Under the pieces are notes generated by a model. It was not told where the DNA came from. It did no database searches and saw nothing but the letters and a program-made list of their open reading frames with translations. Below, one piece after another: positions 7,590-15,233 of a stretch of 15,233 bases of DNA (position 1 is the first letter of the stretch; each line of letters opens with the position of its first letter). Position numbers and translations under genes: made by a program. The DNA lies in the IMG/VR virus record IMGVR_UViG_3300045988_162231, positions 1 through 15,233 of that record; one strand, given 5' to 3'. Origin of the DNA: a virus.

Positions 7590-8477
7590 TTATGGCATTA
7601 AAATAGATTTGCCAGTAAAATCATAGTTGTATGCTGTAATATCTTTATCGTCGTAGTTTTGAGCTGTTAAGCTTAAACTATCATATTCACTTGCTGTTAT
7701 AGGATTTTCCTTATGGAAGTTAGCAAGTTGAATAATTACGTCTGTAATTAATGTATATTCTCCTGTGAATGGACTAATCATATAAAATCTAGGGTCGTGA
7801 CCTAAATAGTATCTAGCATATAAATCATAAGTTCTAGCACTTAAATTTTTATTGTCATATTCTTCTGCTGTAAGTCCTAAACTATCATATTCTAGTGCTG
7901 TTAGTCCGTAGTATCTTAAATATCCATACAAGTCGTCAAGGGTTGCTTGTAAATAATCATATTTACCAGTTACTGGGTTATAAACTTTTATACCATTTTT
8001 TGCTATGTCGTCTATTTCTTTTTGTATTTTCTGTATTTCACTATCGATATATATTTTAAGTAGACTATCTTGATTATCTAAATATTCCTTAATATTTGTT
8101 ATTTTATTGTCGATATATTTCATAAGTGTACTATTTATTTTTGCTATTTCTTGGTCTGTATATAGTTTTGCTTGTACCAGATTTTCACTAATTAATGTTT
8201 TTAGTTCATTATCGTTATTATCTATATATTGATAAATTGCGTCGTCTTTATTATCTATATAAGTTTGTAATTGTTTTATCTGTTCGTCGACATAATCAGT
8301 AAATGTATCAAAATTTAAGTCTTTTAGATAATTTTCTATATATAAAACTACACCAGCTAATTTGCATAGTCTTTTATATGTTGTTAAGCTGTCAAAACTT
8401 TCCTCAATAAAAGGAAAACTACCATTTTGACAACAACCCATAAAATCTAATGGTATTGGGGTAAAAGCTCCTATCAT
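7590..8477 (-). CDS. Tail/appendage structural protein (295 aa) with coiled coil and LTAxxYD repeats
   Basis: N-terminal LPFIEE-type motif (GSFPFIEESFDSLTTYKRLCKL), central coiled coil, six 10-aa (L/I)(T/S)AxxYDxxx repeats. Confidence 0.65.
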   Translation of the reverse strand: MIGAFTPIPLDFMGCCQNGSFPFIEESFDSLTTYKRLCKLAGVVLYIENYLKDLNFDTFTDYVDEQIKQLQTYIDNKDDAIYQYIDNNDNELKTLISENLVQAKLYTDQEIAKINSTLMKYIDNKITNIKEYLDNQDSLLKIYIDSEIQKIQKEIDDIAKNGIKVYNPVTGKYDYLQATLDDLYGYLRYYGLTALEYDSLGLTAEEYDNKNLSARTYDLYARYYLGHDPRFYMISPFTGEYTLITDVIIQLANFHKENPITASEYDSLSLTAQNYDDKDITAYNYDFTGKSILMP

Positions 8478-8499
8478 TTATTTTTCACTTCCTTTCAAT

Positions 8500-9243
8500 T
8501 TAAGGTATCATATAAAATAAACTTTCTAAGTCTTTGTAAATTAATGAATATATACTTTGTATATTTTGTTGCATTTCCTTTAATATAGATATTTTATCGG
8601 CTGGGCTACGTTCTATTATTTCATTATATTTGTTGGTATCCTCTGAATTACTACTACCTTTAGAATTAGAACTATCTGTACTTGTTGCGTTGTTTGTATC
8701 GTAATTATAATTAGTAACATATTTACCGTCGCGAACATTTTCAAGCTGATTTTGAGGTGTGTTGCTCTCTCTTCTATCTGATATATTATTAGTATTAGAA
8801 CTTGAACTATTTTCTAATGTATTACTTGCTGTATTTATTCTATATTCGTCACCGTATCGTTTAGAAGTTTCGCCGTCATTAAAAATATCCCAATTTTGCA
8901 ACGCGTCAAACATTTTGTTATAAATTGGCATTATTTCGTTTAACTTCACATCTAGTTGTATTTTAAATGCTACAAATGTTTCGTACCCAATTCGACGCAT
9001 AAGAAAATGATTCAATATATTTGTTTCAAATTTATCCTTATCAATATTTTGGCTTAAAGGATAATTAAAATCAAAAACTCTTGTGTGTCCTTCTTTAGCT
9101 AAATCTTTTATTTTTACTTGTTCATTTTCTGCTTTACCAAAATTAAGCATTGAATCTAATATTTCATATATAGTTGGTGGTCTATCATCTGTAGGTGTGA
9201 ATATTGGGTTTACAAAAAAGTAACTATTAAAAAATGGATACAT
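8500..9243 (-). CDS. Lower collar protein, phi29 gp11-like, 247 aa
   Basis: FNYPLSQNIDKDKFETNILNHFLMRRIGYETFVAFKIQLDVKLNEIMPIYNKMFD signature and Ser/Asn-rich insert; follows the connector gene. Confidence 0.85.
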   Translation of the reverse strand: MYPFFNSYFFVNPIFTPTDDRPPTIYEILDSMLNFGKAENEQVKIKDLAKEGHTRVFDFNYPLSQNIDKDKFETNILNHFLMRRIGYETFVAFKIQLDVKLNEIMPIYNKMFDALQNWDIFNDGETSKRYGDEYRINTASNTLENSSSSNTNNISDRRESNTPQNQLENVRDGKYVTNYNYDTNNATSTDSSNSKGSSNSEDTNKYNEIIERSPADKISILKEMQQNIQSIYSLIYKDLESLFYMIP

Positions 9244-10109
9244 TATTCGTCAACCCCTTCCATATCAAAATTTTTGTCATCTTCGGGTTCTTCTATTGTA
9301 GAAGGTACCCCGTCATAATAACTAACTTCTATATTCATATTGAATTTTTTGTTTATTTGCTGTACTGCACGTTGTCTAGGCTCAAAACGACTAAATCTAC
9401 TTGCTATAGTTCCACCTTGCATTGCGTTTATTTCATCTTTTATATTACGCTCTTTTTTCTGATATGATAAATTTGAAATACCTATAAGCCTTAAAAATTC
9501 ATTCCATATCTTTTCTTGGTGTTGGTCTATTTTATCAGCTACAAATGGTGCTGGCTCTAATACAAGTGTCGTATCGTCCAAGTCTAAATTGTCATAGCTA
9601 ATTACAGTTTCTGCATTACTATCAACGTTATTCACTAAGTCTTGTATACTTTTTAAGTTTTCTGTTTTTGTCTTCCAAAAACGAGGTGTACGTTGCTGAC
9701 TTATATTTATGTCTGATGTTCTTGTGTTCATTGCGATACGTTCTGCATATTGAATAATATCTGCTAATAATGGATAATGTCCGTTATTATCGTACATTAT
9801 AACAAACTCACCATAATTCAATTTTTTGTTATATCTAGTATTTGAATATACTTGTATTTGTTTTGGTCTACCGTAAACGTCTAAGCCACCAAAATTGGTA
9901 TAAGGTAAGGCAAGCAAACCTAAAATGTCATCATAGAAAAATGCTATACTACCATTAATTACAAGCTGTGCGTTTAAATATGATACGTCAATAAATTCTG
10001 GAAGTCCTTTGAATTCAAAAACATTTTCGGCAAGTGATAAAAGTTGTCTACGATACATTAAATACGTTTTGTAATTATTAAGCTGACTATTAATAAAACG
10101 TTTTTGCAT
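9243..10109 (-). CDS. Upper collar / connector (portal) protein, phi29 gp10-like, 288 aa
   Basis: INGSIAFFYDDILGLLALPY, GRPKQIQVYS, QGGTIASRFSRFEPRQRAVQQINKKF typical of phi29-like connectors; order MCP-connector-lower collar. Confidence 0.88.
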   Translation of the reverse strand: MQKRFINSQLNNYKTYLMYRRQLLSLAENVFEFKGLPEFIDVSYLNAQLVINGSIAFFYDDILGLLALPYTNFGGLDVYGRPKQIQVYSNTRYNKKLNYGEFVIMYDNNGHYPLLADIIQYAERIAMNTRTSDINISQQRTPRFWKTKTENLKSIQDLVNNVDSNAETVISYDNLDLDDTTLVLEPAPFVADKIDQHQEKIWNEFLRLIGISNLSYQKKERNIKDEINAMQGGTIASRFSRFEPRQRAVQQINKKFNMNIEVSYYDGVPSTIEEPEDDKNFDMEGVDE

Positions 10110-10137
10110 TTCTTATCCTTCCCCTTTCTAAAAATAT

Positions 10138-10160
10138 AAAGGTAGCAAAATGCTACCTTT
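10138..10160 (-). terminator. Terminator/attenuator between major capsid and connector genes
   Basis: Minus strand AAAGGTAGCA-TTT-TGCTACCTTT followed by ATATTTTT. Confidence 0.8.
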
Positions 10161-10161
10161 A

Positions 10162-11535
10162 TTATTCAGCAATAGTAATAGTAGCTGTTCCAGTTTTAGT
10201 ATTATTAAATATTGAAGTTGCTGTAACTGTTACTGTTGTTGCTGTTGACTCTTTAGCTACTTCTAATACACCGTTTTGATTTATAGAAACCCCTTTGCTC
10301 TCACTGTCACTATCTATAGACCAAGCAACTGCTTTATTTGTAATACCAGTTACTTCAACAACTGCTGTAAGTACAAGGCTTTGACCTTTTGTAACTGTAG
10401 CTGTAGAAGGATTTACAGTAACACTTGTTACTGTGCTTGCGTCTTTTGTAAATGCCAAGCATTGCTCAAATGGAGAAGTTGCAAATATTCTCCAGCTGTG
10501 TAACCACATAGTTCTTGATAATGTTTCTGGATTTCTGAATTCTGTAGACATTGTATCTGCTGTGTTGTCTAATGCGTAGTAATAATCTTTGAAGAAATTA
10601 TCACTTATGATTAAACCTACAGTATTTTTAAGTCTTGTAAGTTCATTTTCTGTAAAGGCTGTATAAGCATTACCTAATAATTTTGATAGTCTATCCCAGT
10701 CATTGTTTCCAAAACCGTCTATTAATGCTAATTTTGTACGCATTTCTGCATCATTTCTAAAGTAAGAAGTTGCTAATACTTTTGTAGACATTTGAGCTTC
10801 AAAACCAGTAGAAACAATAGTTCTTTGTCTATCAAATGGTGTTGCAAGTCTTAGCCCAGCTGGGTTATAGTTTGGACTTAAAAATGTCATATTATTAGAA
10901 TATTCTTTCATTATTGCAACGTTATCTCTTGAGTCGTTTGTGTCAAAGTCTTCTATTGTAACACTTGGAATTGTACCATTGATTAAACGTCTTTGAACTT
11001 GGTATTTATCAACTATATATCTATCATATACATAAGATTTTCTTAATGCTGTGTAAACTGCTTGTATTAAATCATATACACCAGTTTCATTATAAAAAGC
11101 TAATGCTATTTCTTGGTCATTTACTGTTGCCTTATAAAATTTTTGGAAATTTATTTCGTGCATATAGTTTAGAACATTTGGAACTTGTTGCTCTAAGAAG
11201 TGAGTAGGGTTATTCATATATTGATTGTAGTCTTCTGCTTCTATTAAATCTACAATCATTTCACGAACTGTTTGTCCGTATCTAATTTGTCCTTGGTTTG
11301 TGAAATCTTCCCAAGGGTTAGCCCACGCGTCACTTACGATTAAAGTCAATGCGATTACATTAACTGCATTTAAAAAAGCATTTTTGTATCTTGTATTAGA
11401 TACAATTAAATCACCTATTTTTTGTATGTCGGCTCCTTGTTGTGGTAAGTCTATTACTTCTTGTAACTCTGGACTTACTTGTGCCATATAATTTAAAAGT
11501 TTGGCACTACTTTTAGTTGCTAATGTTTTTGCCAT
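10162..11535 (-). CDS. Major capsid protein with C-terminal BIG2 (Ig-like) domain, phi29 gp8-like, 457 aa
   Basis: MAKTLATKSSAKL start at 11535 with SD AAGGAGG; C-terminal VTSVTVNPSTATVTKGQSLVLTA...AWSIDSD...GVSINQNGVLEVA...VTVTATS BIG2 pattern. Confidence 0.9.
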   Translation of the reverse strand: MAKTLATKSSAKLLNYMAQVSPELQEVIDLPQQGADIQKIGDLIVSNTRYKNAFLNAVNVIALTLIVSDAWANPWEDFTNQGQIRYGQTVREMIVDLIEAEDYNQYMNNPTHFLEQQVPNVLNYMHEINFQKFYKATVNDQEIALAFYNETGVYDLIQAVYTALRKSYVYDRYIVDKYQVQRRLINGTIPSVTIEDFDTNDSRDNVAIMKEYSNNMTFLSPNYNPAGLRLATPFDRQRTIVSTGFEAQMSTKVLATSYFRNDAEMRTKLALIDGFGNNDWDRLSKLLGNAYTAFTENELTRLKNTVGLIISDNFFKDYYYALDNTADTMSTEFRNPETLSRTMWLHSWRIFATSPFEQCLAFTKDASTVTSVTVNPSTATVTKGQSLVLTAVVEVTGITNKAVAWSIDSDSESKGVSINQNGVLEVAKESTATTVTVTATSIFNNTKTGTATITIAE

Positions 11536-11539
11536 TTTT

Positions 11540-11842
11540 TTATTCCTCCTTGTCAGTATCTTTAAATATATCAACTTCCTCGACTTTTTCCTCTTCTTTA
11601 GGTTCGTCGATTTTTTCTTCTGTTTCTTTTTTTTCTGTTCCTAAAAATCTATTTTTGTATTTATTCTTAATGTCATCATATTTTGTTTTTAAGTCCTCAT
11701 TTTCTGCTTTTAAAGTTTCAACTTCTGAATTGTCTATTATATCCATACTATCTTCTACATCTTCTAATAATGCTATTTGTACGTCTTCATCTGTTACAGT
11801 TTGTACAATTTTTTGTTTAAGTTCATCTTTACTTAGTTTCAT
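11540..11842 (-). CDS. Scaffolding protein, phi29 gp7-like, 100 aa
   Basis: Short, acidic, Glu/Lys-rich coiled coil (DIIDNSEVETLKAENEDLKTKYDDIKNKYKNRF) immediately upstream of MCP; SD GGAAGGGG before the ATG at 11842. Confidence 0.75.
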   Translation of the reverse strand: MKLSKDELKQKIVQTVTDEDVQIALLEDVEDSMDIIDNSEVETLKAENEDLKTKYDDIKNKYKNRFLGTEKKETEEKIDEPKEEEKVEEVDIFKDTDKEE

Positions 11843-12197
11843 TCTCTTCACCCCTTCCAACTTTTAAAATTTCTGACAATTTACCTAAATGAATACCCGC
11901 CTTTGTTAAATTCTCAAAAATTGATAATATTTCCATTATTAATATATATATTGCAATAGATTTCATACAGAAATTAAAACCAAAAGTACTATCTAAAATA
12001 AAACCTAAACCAAGCAATAATAATAATAATACTTTATGCAATAAACCTGTTCTCATCTTTGTTGTGTCAACATCGTTATTAATAACGGCTTGTATAAATC
12101 CTGTTATAATATCAGCTAAACTGAAAACTAGTGGGGTTAATAATTGCCAAAACATACTAACGAAATTAAGGTTTGCTATAATATTTTCAATATCCAT
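11829..12197 (-). CDS. Holin, multi-TM toxin-secretion/phage-lysis holin type, 122 aa
   Basis: Hydrophobic segments FSLADIITGFIQAVIN, VLLLLLLGLGFILDS, SIAIYILIMEILSIFENL typical of phage holin family 4; next to lysin genes. Confidence 0.8.
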   Translation of the reverse strand: MDIENIIANLNFVSMFWQLLTPLVFSLADIITGFIQAVINNDVDTTKMRTGLLHKVLLLLLLGLGFILDSTFGFNFCMKSIAIYILIMEILSIFENLTKAGIHLGKLSEILKVGRGEENETK

Positions 12198-12231
12198 TTA
12201 TCTCACCTCTCTTTCGTATTTACTATAAAAA

Positions 12232-12260
12232 TTATTAGCATAAAATTTTTGTTTTGTCAA
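12232..12260 (-). promoter_or_regulatory. Late-block promoter upstream of holin-scaffold-capsid genes
   Basis: Minus strand TTGACA-17 nt-TAATAA with TGC before the -10. Confidence 0.7.
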
Positions 12261-12265
12261 CATAA

Positions 12266-12290
12266 AAAAGACAGTTTAAAACTGTCTTTT
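12266..12290 (-). terminator. Intrinsic terminator after the M23 peptidase gene (contains its stop codon)
   Basis: AAAAGACAGTTT/AAACTGTCTTTT stem followed by TTTTTT on the minus strand. Confidence 0.85.
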
Positions 12291-12845
12291 ATTTCGTAAT
12301 TTTCGAAAATAGATTACCCAAGGAAAACGTTTATTTACTTCTTGTACTGGTATTGGTTCGGGTGGAATTATACTTCCGTCGTATTCAATTATAGTATTAT
12401 CGACATTTGGAATTCCTAATATTGTACAAGGGTTTAAAAATGTTGAACAATTCCAACTTTGTGTAACTGAACATTCTAAATGTAGATGTATTCCAGTTAC
12501 TTTACCAGTCGCTCCCATTCTACCAATAATAGTATTTAAATCTACACTGTCACCTACATTTACTTGCAGGCTTCCTTCAACCATATGACAATATCTCCAA
12601 TAATGACCTTCTTCATCAAGTATTTGAGCTTGAACTCCTAACGAGTGTGAAGTAGATGTATTTATATATATAACTCTACCTTTTTTAACTGGATATAAAT
12701 AAGGGTTTCGTTCTGTATCACCATATGGTGCAAAGTCTGTTCCAGTGTGCCAACCGCACGAATAGCGACTATCTTTTACCCCAAAAGGGTAAGTAATTAT
12801 TGAAGTTGAATGTATAGGACTATTATTCATCTTAATAGTTGACAT
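12276..12845 (-). CDS. M23 (LytM-like) metallopeptidase, phi29 gp13 C-terminal-domain-like, 189 aa
   Basis: CGWHTGTDFAP (HxxxD) and GIHLHLE (HxH) zinc-binding motifs; PVKKGRVIYI, NVGDSVDLNTIIGRMG. Confidence 0.9.
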   Translation of the reverse strand: MSTIKMNNSPIHSTSIITYPFGVKDSRYSCGWHTGTDFAPYGDTERNPYLYPVKKGRVIYINTSTSHSLGVQAQILDEEGHYWRYCHMVEGSLQVNVGDSVDLNTIIGRMGATGKVTGIHLHLECSVTQSWNCSTFLNPCTILGIPNVDNTIIEYDGSIIPPEPIPVQEVNKRFPWVIYFRKLRNKRQF

Positions 12846-13678
12846 TATAGACCCCCATTATATTTGACAAAACCTAGTTTTCGGTTTGTTACTTCACCTT
12901 TTGAATTTGTTACAAAATAACAAACTATATATTTTCCGTCTTTGATTCCATAACAGTCCGCATATTCTCTAGGATATATAGTACCTATTTTTTGAGTACA
13001 AGCTAAATCTTGATATACTGGTTCATCTGTACTTCCATTTCTCCAAGTTTTTGGCATATCGAAATCACCCCCAACATTATTTGAATTACTATTGTTAGAA
13101 TTTGAAACATCAATATAACTGTAATTCATATCAACTCTACCAGATATTCCACTAATTGAACCATCACTTGTATATTGCCATATATCAACTCGAAAATCTA
13201 CAGTATAATTAGTTTTATTCCATTCAGCAAGCCATATCTTATAATTAAGTAATTGGTTTATATCTAATTTATTAGTAAACCAATTCTTATTGGCATATAT
13301 TCCAGTATTTTCAAAACTTTGACAAAATTGGATTGCTAAATTAGTCATAGATTTTTTGTCTATATAACTTATTTGACTGTCTTCTAAATCTAAAAATATT
13401 GGGTATTCAAAACTTTTACCTTGTATTTTATTTTTTACCCAATTAATAGCACTTGTCATAGCCTTTGATGTTTCAACATAGCTATAAACATAGCAACCTA
13501 CTTTAAGACCTACACTTTTGGCTGAATTGTAATAACTTTCAAATTTACTATCTAGTGTGTGATTTTCTTTGTTGCCTATCCAACCTAGTCTAAGGATAAC
13601 AAAATCAATACCATTTTGTTTTAATAAATTAAAATCTACATTTCCATTATGTGTAGATAAGTCAAGACCTTTTGTCAT
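12845..13678 (-). CDS. Endolysin: GH25 lysozyme with C-terminal SH3-like domain, 277 aa
   Basis: KGLDLSTHNGNVDF, FVILRLGW, YPIFLDLED, IWLAEWN, VDIWQYTSDG (GH25), Ser/Asn linker, then an SH3-like segment. Confidence 0.93.
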   Translation of the reverse strand: MTKGLDLSTHNGNVDFNLLKQNGIDFVILRLGWIGNKENHTLDSKFESYYNSAKSVGLKVGCYVYSYVETSKAMTSAINWVKNKIQGKSFEYPIFLDLEDSQISYIDKKSMTNLAIQFCQSFENTGIYANKNWFTNKLDINQLLNYKIWLAEWNKTNYTVDFRVDIWQYTSDGSISGISGRVDMNYSYIDVSNSNNSNSNNVGGDFDMPKTWRNGSTDEPVYQDLACTQKIGTIYPREYADCYGIKDGKYIVCYFVTNSKGEVTNRKLGFVKYNGGL

Positions 13679-13737
13679 TTTATCACCTCTTTACAAAAAT
13701 TAATATATATGATATATTTGTTTCGACCAATTTCCAT
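13675..13737 (-). CDS. Candidate 20-aa leader peptide upstream of endolysin (not in ORF track)
   Basis: MEIGRNKYIIYINFCKEVIK*; SD AAGGAG about 8 nt upstream; stop TGA overlaps the endolysin ATG (ATGA). Confidence 0.45.
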   Translation of the reverse strand: MEIGRNKYIIYINFCKEVIK

Positions 13738-13746
13738 TTGTTGGTC
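13725..13746 (-). promoter_or_regulatory. RNA hairpin with leader-peptide ATG in its loop
   Basis: GACCAA-CAAATGGAAA-TTGGTC, just 3' of AAGGAG. Confidence 0.4.
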
Positions 13747-13771
13747 TCCTTAAATTTTATTATATATAACA

Positions 13772-13802
13772 AAAAAATACAAGGGTTTACCTTGTATTTT
13801 TT
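13772..13802 (-). terminator. Terminator of the right early operon
   Basis: AAAAAATACAAGG-TAAAC-CCTTGTATTTTTT followed by T on the minus strand. Confidence 0.85.
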
Positions 13803-14043
13803 ATTTTAGTAAAGTTTTTATTAAATCATTTATACTCTTTTTATGACTATCAATTACTTGGTCATCTAAGTTATTTTCTTTAATAACTTTAGCTAAGATA
13901 GATAATACTATATCAACATCAACTATATGTTCTTTCACTAAAGAATCAATTATTGTTCCAAATTCATTAATAATACTTTTTCTATTTCCTGTAATTTCAC
14001 AAACTGTACATTTTTTATTTTCATTCCATTTTGCTCTAATCAT
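13801..14043 (-). CDS. Hypothetical early protein, 80 aa
   Basis: Tightly coupled ORF (TAATG overlap with upstream gene); CTVC motif. Confidence 0.8.
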   Translation of the reverse strand: MIRAKWNENKKCTVCEITGNRKSIINEFGTIIDSLVKEHIVDVDIVLSILAKVIKENNLDDQVIDSHKKSINDLIKTLLK

Positions 14044-14348
14044 TATATATCATACCCCTTTTCTTTTAATATTTTAGATAATGCTTTAAATTTTAATTTT
14101 ACTATATCAGGTATTGGCTGAGAATTTAATATTTCATTATATCCGTCCATTAATTTATCATATATATTTTTTTCAATTTGTATATAATTAGATATTAAAT
14201 CATATAAATTATTTATAATTTCATCTGACATTTGAGGGATTCTTTCCTTAAACCCTGTACTTTCTATCATTAAATTTCTTTTTTCTAATACTTTTATTAT
14301 TTTTTCTTCTTTCTCAGTTCTATTCAATTTTGCTTTTTTATCTTCCAT
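14043..14348 (-). CDS. Hypothetical helical early protein, 101 aa
   Basis: ATG at 14348 preferred (SD AGAAGGGTG); the track GTG at 14357 lies in the SD. Confidence 0.8.
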   Translation of the reverse strand: MEDKKAKLNRTEKEEKIIKVLEKRNLMIESTGFKERIPQMSDEIINNLYDLISNYIQIEKNIYDKLMDGYNEILNSQPIPDIVKLKFKALSKILKEKGYDI

Positions 14349-14353
14349 ATTTT

Positions 14354-14668
14354 TCACCCTTCTATATAATATAAGTTTAAAAATGATTTGTTTGTTATTT
14401 TACCATTAAAATTGTATTCTTTTTGTATATTTTCTTTTGCTGGCTTTAATGCTGTTGTCATCATATTTTCAATGTTCCTTGGACTTACAAAATATAATTC
14501 GGCAAGTTCTTTATAAAGGTCTTTTATAGTATATTTTGGTAGCATTGTTTTACCTTTTGTATATAGCATTAAGGCTGTATTCCAGATTATAAAACCTTTG
14601 CTATTAATATTAAAACCTAAGTTCTTTAAATAATCTGTATTTTCTAAATACTCTTTTGTTTTGCTCAA
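14354..14668 (-). CDS. Spo0A C-terminal-domain-like DNA-binding protein, 104 aa (TTG start)
   Basis: LGFNINSKGFIIWNTALMLY...YTIKDLYKELAELYFVSPRNIENMMTTALKPA...GKITNKSFLNL follows the Spo0A_C pattern. Start after SD AAAGGGGTG; the track GTG at 14677 lies in the SD. Confidence 0.6.
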   Translation of the reverse strand: MSKTKEYLENTDYLKNLGFNINSKGFIIWNTALMLYTKGKTMLPKYTIKDLYKELAELYFVSPRNIENMMTTALKPAKENIQKEYNFNGKITNKSFLNLYYIEG

Positions 14669-14685
14669 TTTTATCACCCCTTTCT

Positions 14686-14714
14686 ATTATATCATATTTT
14701 ACAATACTATACAA
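14686..14714 (-). promoter_or_regulatory. Possible secondary promoter before the Spo0A-C-like gene
   Basis: TTGTAT-17 nt-TATAAT with TGA extended -10 on the minus strand. The predicted TSS falls in or near the SD. Confidence 0.4.
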
Positions 14715-14719
14715 TACAT

Positions 14720-14881
14720 TTACATATATTTATCTATTAAATTATACATTATATATTTATATAAATTAAACTTAAATATCCTATAACTTATTAATTGTAT
14801 TGTCATAAATATAATAAAACCTATTAATAAATAAAATATTATAATTCCTGCATCAAATAATAAAATTGCTAATTTTTCCAT
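14720..14881 (-). CDS. Small membrane protein, 53 aa (not in ORF track)
   Basis: MEKLAILLFDAGIIIFYLLIGFIIFMTIQLISYRIFKFNLYKYIMYNLIDKYM*; SD GGAAAGGGG; first ORF after the right ITR promoter; one strong hydrophobic stretch. Confidence 0.7.
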   Translation of the reverse strand: MEKLAILLFDAGIIIFYLLIGFIIFMTIQLISYRIFKFNLYKYIMYNLIDKYM

Positions 14882-14906
14882 ATATTATTACCCCTTTCCT
14901 ATATTT

Positions 14907-15233
14907 CCTATATTATAACAAAAAATGATAAAAGTCAATAAAAAGAGTAAAAATAAATATTACAAATGTAATACATTGGCTTTACATAATATACTTTAGT
15001 TTACATAATATAGTTTTATGTAAACTTCTTATTTGTATTTTGTTAACTCGCTCTATCCCTTGGGGCTCTAGGCTTTTAGGCTTTTTGTAAAATAATAATA
15101 ATATTATGTTAACTTGAGTTATTTCCAGTTATTGTAAGCCTTGTAACCGTTACGGCTCTAAGGTTGCAGGTTTGCGTATGTTTGTTCGGTTTACATAATT
15201 GGGGAACATAAAAAGTTTATATAATGAACTCTT
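14907..15233. repeat. Right inverted terminal repeat, 327 bp
   Basis: Reverse complement of 1-327. Confidence 0.98.
14912..14938 (-). promoter_or_regulatory. ITR-borne early promoter (right copy), extended -10
   Basis: Mirror image of 296-322; reads leftward into the 53-aa ORF. Confidence 0.75.

Noticed and set aside
9234-9467. 77-aa plus-strand ORF
   Set aside because: Antisense to the connector gene in an AT-rich region; composition (F/Y/I-rich) typical of spurious frames.
10276-10503. 75-aa plus-strand ORF
   Set aside because: Cys-rich shadow ORF opposite the capsid BIG2 domain.
11300-11491. 63-aa plus-strand ORF
   Set aside because: Shadow ORF opposite the capsid N-terminus.
11517-11867. 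116-aa plus-strand ORF (Ser/Phe-rich)
   Set aside because: Antisense translation of the acidic Glu/Lys-rich scaffold gene naturally gives S/F/L-rich sequence; not a real gene.
13755-13772. Promoter for the lysis genes (TTTTTTTGTTATATATAAT)
   Set aside because: Has a TG-extended TATAAT-like -10 reminiscent of the ITR promoter. The only -35 candidate, TTGTAT, is about 12 nt away and is part of the terminator stem, so it is not confident enough to list as a feature.
1-15233. tRNA genes, CRISPR arrays, IS elements, integrase/lysogeny genes
   Set aside because: No cloverleaf, regularly spaced direct repeats, transposase or recombinase motifs were seen. The only large repeats are the ITRs.

Overview
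The window appears to be a complete, end-to-end linear genome (15,233 bp, very AT-rich) of a phi29-like podovirus with protein-primed replication. It is flanked by perfect 327-bp inverted terminal repeats (1-327 / 14907-15233), each carrying the same inward-facing extended -10 promoter. The left (+) arm encodes a putative ssDNA-binding protein, terminal protein, protein-primed family B DNA polymerase, a small HTH-like protein, the gp16-type packaging ATPase, a 42-aa ORF missing from the track, and the gp9-type tail knob protein. The right (-) arm has two parts. One is a small end-proximal early operon: a 53-aa membrane ORF missing from the track, a protein resembling the Spo0A C-terminal DNA-binding domain, and two unknowns. 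The other is a late block: GH25 endolysin, M23 peptidase, holin, scaffold, BIG2-containing major capsid protein, upper collar/connector, lower collar and two fibre/spike-like proteins. Items most worth a second look: (1) the Spo0A-C-like regulator; (2) a promoter plus terminator unit of about 80 nt at the convergent junction that could encode a small RNA (pRNA analogue or antisense RNA); (3) a 20-aa leader ORF whose start codon sits in a hairpin loop and whose stop overlaps the endolysin start; (4) promoter- and operator-like palindromes inside the ITRs. Family calls come from recognised motifs read by eye. No database search was run.
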